The notes under the pieces were generated by a model, which was not told where the DNA came from, did not search any database, and saw only the letters and a list, made by a program, of their open reading frames with translations. The position numbers and the translations under genes were made by a program. A stretch of DNA of 64,000 nt from the NCBI GenBank assembly GCA_022848865.1, contig JAJISE010000003.1, positions 7,189 to 71,188 on the forward strand, given 5' to 3'. Of the stretch, positions 46,020-54,120 are shown piece after piece. How positions within the stretch are numbered: position 1 is the first letter of the stretch; the number at the start of each line of letters is the position of its first letter. The DNA comes from Thermoplasmatota archaeon (GTDB lineage: Archaea > Thermoplasmatota > Thermoplasmata > RBG-16-68-12 > JAGMCJ01).

Positions 46020-46789
46020 GCTCTCAACTCCTCCAGAGCGCTCTCACTGAAGAGGACGAGCCTTCCCGGTTCTCCTCCTGGAGCTAGAATCTCAGTGTTC
46101 AAGTGCTTCGAGGTGGAGACATCCACGCCCGGTATGTTTGTGAATGCACGGCTCGATTCTGAGCTGGATGAGAGGGCAACGAGTACGCTCCGGGGCCGTC
46201 TGTACCTCCTCGACCTCATCTTTCCGCGGCCCGCCCGGATCTTCTTCTTGCTTGCACGGAGCACATCATCATAGACCTTGATAGATTGTAGAAGCTCTGT
46301 GGCTTCCTGTGTCGTCTTCAGGACCTCGATGTCGTCCTCAACAACTACTGGAAGCGTCAGATCAGCTTCGAAAACATGTCCGCGCTTCACCACGAGCCCG
46401 GCGTCCTTGGTCGCGGCGAGAGCCGATGCCCTTGCCATCGCTCTCTCCTTCCTGTTTATCTTCTTTGACCAGTCATGCTCGGGTCTTGGCGGATGCGCTT
46501 TCCTGCCCCCAACAGTGCCCGGAGACTGCGCCCCCGTGCGCTGCCCTGTCATTCTCTGGACGCGAGAGACTCCTCGACCCTTTCCCCACGTGGAGACCGC
46601 ATGTCTCATGCCCGACCTGGGACTCGGACCGTATGACTGCCGCCTGTTGGCCTGGGCCGAGACCACGGCTCTCCGTATGAGATCCGTCCTGATGCTGGTC
46701 ATGAATACTTCTGGAAGTTCGATGGTTCTGACTACTTCCCCCTCGACCGAGTAGACATTCACTTCGTTGTCCTTCTTCTTAGCCATCAA
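46013..46789 (-). CDS. rpl4: 50S ribosomal protein L4 (uL4)
   Basis: RTDLIRRAV, GKGRGVSRV, AGRGKMR, LAPGG. Confidence 0.97.
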   Translation of the reverse strand: MMAKKKDNEVNVYSVEGEVVRTIELPEVFMTSIRTDLIRRAVVSAQANRRQSYGPSPRSGMRHAVSTWGKGRGVSRVQRMTGQRTGAQSPGTVGGRKAHPPRPEHDWSKKINRKERAMARASALAATKDAGLVVKRGHVFEADLTLPVVVEDDIEVLKTTQEATELLQSIKVYDDVLRASKKKIRAGRGKMRSRRYRRPRSVLVALSSSSESSRAFTNIPGVDVSTSKHLNTEILAPGGEPGRLVLFSESALEELRAW

Positions 46790-47784
46790 GCTCCCTGCTT
46801 CGATGTTGTTGATATGTATTCAAGATCAACCTTGTCAACCGGTGAAAAGGTTGGCCTTATTGCGTTCCTCAGTCTTACCAGTCTCTTCGTCGGACCGGGG
46901 ACCGAACCGTGAAGGAGGATGTAGCCGTTCCTCACAGCGCCGTACGAAAGGAATCCTCCTTCGGGCGTGATTCTCTCTCCGTTCTCCCCTATCTTAAGGA
47001 CCCTTTTATTGTACTCTGTCCTCTGGTGATATCCAACCTGTCCAGCTTGCGGAACGGTAGGCCTCGTATACCCCGGTCTGAACGTCCCGGTCGTTCCGAC
47101 GCCTCTTCGCTTCTTGCTGTCCTTGTGCGAGAGGAGCTTCGTTCCCCATCTCTTGTGATGACCACCGAAGCCCTTGCCCTTCGTTACCGCTGCGACATCA
47201 ATGACATCCCCTTCTCGGGTGAAATCCTGGATATCGAGATCCTTCCCAATGATGGTCTTCGCGTACTCAAGCCTCTCCTCAATCGTCCCTCCACCGATTC
47301 TGTTCTCCATGATCTCAGGCGATTTCTTGGGAACACCTGTGACCAGATATGGCTGAGTGTACACAAGCACTCTGACCTCATCCACCTTGACTGGGTCAAC
47401 CTCCTTCCACGCCTTGTCGGTATCGTACTTCTTCGGTACTGGGAGCCTCTTCCTGAGATGCTTGTCAAGCTTCTGGGACCAGATTTCGGTGACTGTTTTA
47501 AGTCCGTAAGGCGTGTCCTTGTACAATCGTACGGCAGCGACCTTCATCGGAGGGACCTCGATAACCGTGACAGGGACTTGAACCTCCTGACCACTGGTCG
47601 TGCTCGATTTCCTGTAGTCCACGACAAGCGCATGAGTCATTCCAGCCTTGTATCCTGCGAACCCTTGGACTCTGGGGCCATCGCTGATATCGGGCCAAGA
47701 TGAGAATTTCGGGATCTCACTCGCGGCCCGCTTACGGGGAGAATACCCCATGGAGCCATGTCTGGGCCTGTGTCTTTTCGGCAT
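46786..47784 (-). CDS. rpl3: 50S ribosomal protein L3 (uL3)
   Basis: RHGSMGYSPRKR, GYKAGMTH, TKGKGF, GQVGYHQRTEYNK. Confidence 0.98.
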   Translation of the reverse strand: MPKRHRPRHGSMGYSPRKRAASEIPKFSSWPDISDGPRVQGFAGYKAGMTHALVVDYRKSSTTSGQEVQVPVTVIEVPPMKVAAVRLYKDTPYGLKTVTEIWSQKLDKHLRKRLPVPKKYDTDKAWKEVDPVKVDEVRVLVYTQPYLVTGVPKKSPEIMENRIGGGTIEERLEYAKTIIGKDLDIQDFTREGDVIDVAAVTKGKGFGGHHKRWGTKLLSHKDSKKRRGVGTTGTFRPGYTRPTVPQAGQVGYHQRTEYNKRVLKIGENGERITPEGGFLSYGAVRNGYILLHGSVPGPTKRLVRLRNAIRPTFSPVDKVDLEYISTTSKQGA

Positions 47785-47929
47785 TCTGGCTTCTCCGATT
47801 CGGATGCTCCGAGTTGAGCCCTTGACCGTGGCGCCTCAAGTATATCCCCAAAAGCAGTGGGACATATCGTTGGGTTCCTTGTTCACCCAGGGCGTCTGGC
47901 CAAGGCAGAGCGTCAGTCAGATGATAGCA

Positions 47930-47945
47930 GTCCTATATAACACTT
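47930..47945 (-). promoter_or_regulatory. Putative TATA box of the rpl3 operon
   Basis: Minus-strand GTGTTATATAGG about 150 nt upstream of the rpl3 ATG. Confidence 0.55.
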
Positions 47946-48173
47946 ATGCACTGTGGCCAGTCGTCACACGCGAGCCAGTGGAATCGGGTTAACTGCGCTT
48001 GGGGTCGATTCTGTCGATCATCGACGGCCTCAAGAGACGCATTCGTGCGGCCCCGTTCCTCACGTCAACAGCGATTCCGCGTGGAACACCTGGGAGTATC
48101 AAATCTGATAACAAGGCAGTCACCTTTATACACGCCTTTCAACAACTTATTGAGCAAGGGGCTGTGCGATTCG

Positions 48174-51100
48174 ATGGGAGACGAGAAGAGGATAGAATGT
48201 CCCCGCTGCGAGGCGAAGCTGGAAGCGAATAGCAGGTTCTGCAATTACTGCGGTCATTCTCTTGCAGAGACGGGAATGAAGAAGGCTCCTCGAAGGAAAA
48301 TTGGACCCATCTCGGCGAAAAAGCGGGTTCTGATACTCATCTCCAGTGTGGAAAAAGCGTTGAGGGCCGCGAAGAGAAGCGGTGCAGAGATTGCCAGCAT
48401 ACACGTGGCTCTGGACCACGTGAGAAGGATACTGTCAGAAGAGAACTTCGAGGAGGCAGAGGGCAAGGCGAAGATCCTTCTTCGGAAGGCGAGAGAGGCC
48501 AATGTGAGGAGGAAGAAGGAGCTCATGATTCTCAACGCCAAGCTCATCGTCGACAAGGCTCGAGAGCTTGGTGCAGACGTTGCGACAGCCCACGACCTTG
48601 TCAAGAAGGCGGACATCGCTCTCGAAAACGGCATCTATGGCGATGTCGTCGAGTTCGTCAGAAATGCGAAGAAGGAGGCGGCAGAGGCGAAGAGAAAGAG
48701 AAGAGCCCGCCTGATGATCCAGAACTTCAAGCCAAAGCTCGACTATGCCTATGAAATCGGGGCAGACGTCGCTGTGGCCAGAGAATACCTCAAGAGCGCC
48801 GAGGAGTCTCTTGAAAGGGCGGTTTACGGGGAAGTCCAGGAATACCTCAAACTAGCCCGTACCGAGGTCAACGAGGTCAAGCGGTTCAAGAGGGCCTCAG
48901 ATCTTGTCGAGAAAGCGGGAAAATCCGTGCATTCAGCCAGAGCCGCAGGGGCGGATACTAGCGAAGTCGAGGAGACACTCCACCAGGCTAAAGCCGCTCT
49001 CCAGAAGCGGGAATTCGATGAAGTAAAGAGCCTGACAAAGGAGGCTCAGAAGCAGGTAGACCGCACGACACGTCGATATGAAATCGAGGGTTCTCTCGAA
49101 TCGATGTGCCAGGAGATCGAGTACATCAAGTCAATCGAGGTCGACATAACGCGGGCCGATGGCATAGCCGAGAAAGTCCGCGAGGCTCTGGAGAAGGGCG
49201 ACAATAGCCGCGCTCGTAGATACCTGTCTCAGCTTAGAACCTGGCTCGCGAAGGAGAAGAGGAAACTCGGAGCCACGGATGAGGACATCCCCATCCAGAT
49301 GCTCGGTGTGTCCAAGAGGCTGGGAGACATCAGGGAGATCGTTGACGAGATCCGAAAGGTCGGAGTCGACATCTCCTACGTCGAGGATCTCTTCGAGGAA
49401 GTGAAACAGGCCTTCCAGGGGAGGGACATCGCCAAGTCCGAGGAGATACTCTCGGAAATCGAAGAGATGGCGCTCAGTCTGAAAGAGTCGCTCACGATCG
49501 CTGCAAGGGACCTTCTGAAAAGGGCGAAGAAGCAGGCGGATGAGGCCAGAAAGGAGAACCTCAACATTGGGAGCGCCAGAGAAACGGTCAGGAACGGACT
49601 CAGAGCTCTTGAGGAGGGCCACATCGACGAAGCGCTCCAATACGCTGAGATCGCGCGGAATCTCGTTGACAGGGCGAAGAAGGAGAGAGTTGTTGACGTT
49701 GCAAAGGGCAGCCTCCTCAGAATGGAAGTCATGATCACCGACTCGAAGAAGCTTGGTCTAGACGTAGATGAGGCGGAGACCTTCTACCGCAAAGCGTCCA
49801 TCGACTTCGAGAGGGGAGAATTCGAGAAGATCGAAGCCTTTGTTCCCAAAGTTGACCTGTCCGCCAAGAAGGCAAAGAGGTTGTTCATCATCACAAAGGC
49901 TCAGGACGAACTTGAGGGCGCATCGTTCGCCATCGATGACGTTGAGAGAATGGGGGCCGATGTCCCAGAGGCGAAGGACATCCTGAAGAATGCGAGAGAG
50001 GCTCTCTTCGAAGAGAACTACGATGCCGTCATGGAGCTTTCCAGAAGGATTCGGGACATAGTGGGAGAGGCCGAGAAGGAGAAGATCATCGAGCGGTTCG
50101 GGGCCAAGAGCCAGGGCATAGCCACGATGATCGCAGGAGCCAAGGCATTGGGCATCGACATCGAACACGCTCAGTCGCTCCTTGGCATGGCAGACGAGTA
50201 CTTGGGGAAGCAGGAGATCATGCAGGCAAAGGATCTCATTCGGAGAGCGGAGGTATCAGCCGGGAAGAAGATCCAGGATTTCATCAAGGACAAGTATCCG
50301 AAGGTCTTCGTCAATATGCCCACGAAGGGCTTCCAAGCGGACGTGTGGAACCGCTTGATTCTGGAGATAATCAACGAGGGTAACCTCAGGTCCGAGAATG
50401 TCGACATACAGCTCAAAGGTGACTTCGAAGTCAGGGGCCTGGAGACTATCCCGAAGATAGATCCCAATGAGAAGAGGACGATAGAGGTGGGAGTCAAACC
50501 CAAGAGAGAGGGAGACCTCCCGGTCGATACGTCCGTCTCGTACCAGAGGCCTTTCGACAATCAGGTCTACGGTCATGATGAGACGAGGCAGCTCTCCGTC
50601 AAGGTCTATGGAACCTATGTCGTGGAGGATGTCTTCCTTGTCCACAACGATGGGAGGCTCATAGGCCATGAGACTAGAAAGCACCGCACGGATATCGATG
50701 AGGACATCTTTTCCGGTATGCTCACTATTGTTCAGGAATTCGTCAAGGATTCCTTCAAAACGAGAAGTGAAGGGGGGCTCAAGAGGCTCGACTTCGGCGG
50801 CAACATGATAGTCATCGAGAGGGGTCCTCACGTGTACCTCGCCTGCGTCGTAGCGGGAGATGAACCCACCTTCCTGCCCCTTCACATGGTCGAGACAATA
50901 GGCGAGGTCGAGGGTGGGTATGCCGACGTCCTGGAGAACTGGAGCGGTTTGCTCAGTGAGCTTGATGGGGTAGACGAGATAATCAGGAAACTGATGTATG
51001 TCTCCGACGCAGCTGGCGCCGACCTCGTCGGACTGGAAAAGAGCGGTGTTGTCCAGACTATCAGTGCCATAGAGGAGGCGAAGGAAGCGGGAGCGGACAT

Positions 51101-53864
51101 CACTGAGGCCGAGACACTGATCCAGGATGCTATGGAAAACATGGACAAGCAAGACTGGAAGAAGGCCTGGAACCTCGTTCGAGATGCAGAGGATAGCGCC
51201 AATTCGGCGAGAGTCCAATACATAGCAATGGTCGAGGACCAGCTTGCAGCTGCCAAGGAGATAGTCGACAAGGCCCATGAGCTGGGAATAAGAATGGAGG
51301 AAGCAGAGGAGCTTTTTGAGATAGCCACTCAGGCGATCAACAGCGGGGAGTTTGCCACGATCGCATCCGTTACCGAAAGGATCAAGGACATCATGAGCAG
51401 AGGCGGCTTGGAGATCCAGAGACTCGAATCCGAGAAGAACATGCGCGAAGCAAGACTCCTTGTGGATGCAGCCAAGCAGGAAGGTCTCGACATCTTTGAG
51501 GCCGAGCGTCTTCTTAGATCTGCCGAATCGTCCTACCAGTCTTCCGATACTGAGGAGGTCTCAAGGCTACTCGCCTCCGTGGGAGGAGTCGTGGAGAAGT
51601 CGAGGAACAAGCGCTGGAAAGGTGAGATCGAAAGGAGAATAGGTTCGCTAGCCTCCGTTGTGTCCAAAGCTCGTGAGCTTGGCTTCGATGTGACTGAAGC
51701 CGATGACCTCATGGAGGATGCGAAGAGAGTGCTCGATTCTGACGATATCGACAAGATGGAGGCTTACCTCGAGCGGCTCGAGTCCCCTGTTGAAGGAATC
51801 AAGAAGAAGCTTCTCCTCGCCGAGGCCGAAGAACGCCTCAACGAGATCGCCACTCTCGTGAACAGGGCGAAGGAAGCGGGTCTGGGCGTTGACGAAGAAG
51901 TGCAATTGACCTCTGACGCTCGATCCCTGCTGGAGGATGGGAATCTAGATGAACTGGAGCGCATCGTCGAGGCAGCCGAGGGCTCTGCCAGGGAGAAGAT
52001 AGACGAGTTTCTTAAGGAGAGAAGGCCCAGGCTCCACGTCCGCCTTCCGAAGAGAGGATTCCAGGACGATGCGTGGAACCAGTATCGTGTCGAAGTCGAG
52101 AATAGAGGAAATCTGGAAGCAAAGGATGTTGATGTCAGGCTCGACGGTGACTTCGAAGTGAAGGGTCTTGAACCCATTTCCGAGATAGATGTCAACGAGA
52201 AGAAGCACCTCGATGTGGGCATAAGGCCGAAGAAGTCGGGTGAAACACCAATCGATGCAAGCATATCCTACAGGCGTCCCTTCGATGACAAGATCTACGA
52301 GACGTTTGCCCAAGAGAACCTGAATATTGAAAACTCCGGGACGTATCTCATTGAGGATGTCTTCTTGATACACAACCAGGGCAACCTGGTCGTACGCGAG
52401 TCCAGGAAGTACAGGGAAGATCTGAACGAGAGAGCATTCAGCACGATGATCGGGGCAGTTCAGAGCTTCGTGAAAGACTCCTTCTCACAGCAGGGGAGCA
52501 CTGGCCTTTCTAAGCTCGACTTCGGAGACAGCAAGGTCCTCATAGAGAGAGGGAAATCGGTCCATCTTGCCACCGTCGTCGTGGGGGATGAACCCAGGTT
52601 ATTGCCGCTCTACATAATCGAGGTCCTGAAAGAGATTGAGGGGACTTATGGCGGGATTCTACACGATTGGAACGGGAGCATGGAAGGACTGGAGGGAATC
52701 CGAGAGATCGTTAGGAAGCTCCTCTTCATGAGTGAATTCCCAGGTGCAGATCTCGGCGCCCTCGATGATAGTATGATATCCAAGGCCTTCGGTCTTGGGA
52801 GGTCTACCGAGCGCACTCTCGCCCCGGACGAAGCCGAAAAGCTCATCATTGATATAACCAGGGAAATAGAAGAGATGGGCTACGAGGATATCTGGAAGAA
52901 GGTTGCTGAGTCAATGCCAACGGAGGACGAGGGAGAGATGCATCCTGGCATGTCCCGGGACAAAGCCTACTCTACGCTCAGCGTGGAGATTCTCAAATCC
53001 GAGGTTGGAGAGCTGGATGACGAGGAAAGGCTTAGGGATTATCTGGATCTCATAAACAGGGTCACAAGTGCGGTTGCGAAGGCTCGGTCTGAGAATGGAG
53101 TGGAATCCAACGTCCCCGTTCTCGTTGCCGTGCTTCCCGACACTCAAGAGATCAGGGAAACGGTGGAGACCTTCGAGAAAGTGATCAAAGGCGAGGCCAA
53201 CATACGGGAATTGGAGACTGTCCCCGTGGACGACGAATGGGACGGGCTCAAGATTGAGGCAATCCCCCACTTGGACATGATTATGGGGAAATACAGGTTC
53301 TGGGCCAAGAAGATTGAGACGCTGCTCAAATCCCAATCGGCCTGGAAAATCAAGAGAGGGCTCGACAAGGGTGCGTACTTCCTGGGAATCGAGGGGCAGA
53401 GCGTGGAAATCAACCCCGGCATGGTCTCGTTCGAGATTCTATTGCCAGACAACGTCGTGAGACAGAAGTTCAATGGCGGAAGCTTGTACGTCAGTTTCCC
53501 TCAAACCGGAAAGACGAGCGATTCTGGACCTTCTCCCGGGGTGACGGAGAGAGCCGAGTCCGACGAGGCGGACGAATCGTCCATCGCGACCGAGATTGTT
53601 GGGAGAATACTGGAAATGAGGAAGGACATGAATCTCGAAGATGAACAGCAGGTCGAAGTCAAGATATCCGCGAATGAAGGGCTCCTTGTGGAGCTCGAAT
53701 CTCAGAAAGATAGAATCGTTCAGGAGACAAATTCGAAGTGCGTCGAATTCGTTACCAAGGAGAGCATAGAGGGCGAGGATGGATACACAATCGAATGGCA
53801 AGTTGCTGACGAAACATTCATGATTTCCTTGAGGCGATCGCAAGGAATAGGCAGCGCCGCCTGA
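48174..53864 (+). CDS. Giant (1896 aa) protein: zinc ribbon, long helical/coiled-coil repeats, two Ig-like plus longin-like units, and an IleRS-C-terminal-like domain
   Basis: CPRC...CNYC at the N-terminus, A/E/K-rich helical repeats, duplicated units (KYPKVFV...YVVEDVFLVHNDGRL and RPRLHV...YLIEDVFLIHNQGNL), and a C-terminus similar to the neighbouring IleRS. ATG 48174 follows TATA-like CTTTATA at about 48124. Confidence 0.85.
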   Translation: MGDEKRIECPRCEAKLEANSRFCNYCGHSLAETGMKKAPRRKIGPISAKKRVLILISSVEKALRAAKRSGAEIASIHVALDHVRRILSEENFEEAEGKAKILLRKAREANVRRKKELMILNAKLIVDKARELGADVATAHDLVKKADIALENGIYGDVVEFVRNAKKEAAEAKRKRRARLMIQNFKPKLDYAYEIGADVAVAREYLKSAEESLERAVYGEVQEYLKLARTEVNEVKRFKRASDLVEKAGKSVHSARAAGADTSEVEETLHQAKAALQKREFDEVKSLTKEAQKQVDRTTRRYEIEGSLESMCQEIEYIKSIEVDITRADGIAEKVREALEKGDNSRARRYLSQLRTWLAKEKRKLGATDEDIPIQMLGVSKRLGDIREIVDEIRKVGVDISYVEDLFEEVKQAFQGRDIAKSEEILSEIEEMALSLKESLTIAARDLLKRAKKQADEARKENLNIGSARETVRNGLRALEEGHIDEALQYAEIARNLVDRAKKERVVDVAKGSLLRMEVMITDSKKLGLDVDEAETFYRKASIDFERGEFEKIEAFVPKVDLSAKKAKRLFIITKAQDELEGASFAIDDVERMGADVPEAKDILKNAREALFEENYDAVMELSRRIRDIVGEAEKEKIIERFGAKSQGIATMIAGAKALGIDIEHAQSLLGMADEYLGKQEIMQAKDLIRRAEVSAGKKIQDFIKDKYPKVFVNMPTKGFQADVWNRLILEIINEGNLRSENVDIQLKGDFEVRGLETIPKIDPNEKRTIEVGVKPKREGDLPVDTSVSYQRPFDNQVYGHDETRQLSVKVYGTYVVEDVFLVHNDGRLIGHETRKHRTDIDEDIFSGMLTIVQEFVKDSFKTRSEGGLKRLDFGGNMIVIERGPHVYLACVVAGDEPTFLPLHMVETIGEVEGGYADVLENWSGLLSELDGVDEIIRKLMYVSDAAGADLVGLEKSGVVQTISAIEEAKEAGADITEAETLIQDAMENMDKQDWKKAWNLVRDAEDSANSARVQYIAMVEDQLAAAKEIVDKAHELGIRMEEAEELFEIATQAINSGEFATIASVTERIKDIMSRGGLEIQRLESEKNMREARLLVDAAKQEGLDIFEAERLLRSAESSYQSSDTEEVSRLLASVGGVVEKSRNKRWKGEIERRIGSLASVVSKARELGFDVTEADDLMEDAKRVLDSDDIDKMEAYLERLESPVEGIKKKLLLAEAEERLNEIATLVNRAKEAGLGVDEEVQLTSDARSLLEDGNLDELERIVEAAEGSAREKIDEFLKERRPRLHVRLPKRGFQDDAWNQYRVEVENRGNLEAKDVDVRLDGDFEVKGLEPISEIDVNEKKHLDVGIRPKKSGETPIDASISYRRPFDDKIYETFAQENLNIENSGTYLIEDVFLIHNQGNLVVRESRKYREDLNERAFSTMIGAVQSFVKDSFSQQGSTGLSKLDFGDSKVLIERGKSVHLATVVVGDEPRLLPLYIIEVLKEIEGTYGGILHDWNGSMEGLEGIREIVRKLLFMSEFPGADLGALDDSMISKAFGLGRSTERTLAPDEAEKLIIDITREIEEMGYEDIWKKVAESMPTEDEGEMHPGMSRDKAYSTLSVEILKSEVGELDDEERLRDYLDLINRVTSAVAKARSENGVESNVPVLVAVLPDTQEIRETVETFEKVIKGEANIRELETVPVDDEWDGLKIEAIPHLDMIMGKYRFWAKKIETLLKSQSAWKIKRGLDKGAYFLGIEGQSVEINPGMVSFEILLPDNVVRQKFNGGSLYVSFPQTGKTSDSGPSPGVTERAESDEADESSIATEIVGRILEMRKDMNLEDEQQVEVKISANEGLLVELESQKDRIVQETNSKCVEFVTKESIEGEDGYTIEWQVADETFMISLRRSQGIGSAA

Positions 53865-53903
53865 GGAAAGTCTTTATCCGAGATGATATATCAAACACCG
53901 AGT

Positions 53904-54009
53904 GGCCGGGGTGGGGTAGCCTGGTTATCCTCAGGGACTGTGGATCCCTTGTCCCGAGTTCAAACGAATCCCAGTGAGGGCTGGGGTTCTGGAATTCTCG
54001 GTCCCGGCC
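53904..54009 (+). tRNA. tRNA-His(GTG) with encoded G-1 and a 31-nt intron (53965-53995) at position 59/60
   Basis: Acceptor GCCGGGG/TCCCGGC with G-1 and C73, anticodon arm AGGGA-CTGTGGA-TCCCT, T-stem CCGAG/CTCGG. Removing the insert restores TTCAAAT. Confidence 0.92.
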
Positions 54010-54120
54010 CTCGCAACTATCTGGTCAACAGTTAAATACATGGTCTTGGGTATAGACCAGTTGCGGCCGCACCGATGAAAAAAGTGCAGTTGCGTCGGAA
54101 TACCTCACAGGAGGATTGCG

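Noticed and set aside
47946-48173. Track start (47946) for the giant protein and the 47999-48232 ORF
   Set aside because: The first 76 codons look non-coding and span the divergent promoter region. A TATA-like box at about 48124 supports ATG 48174.
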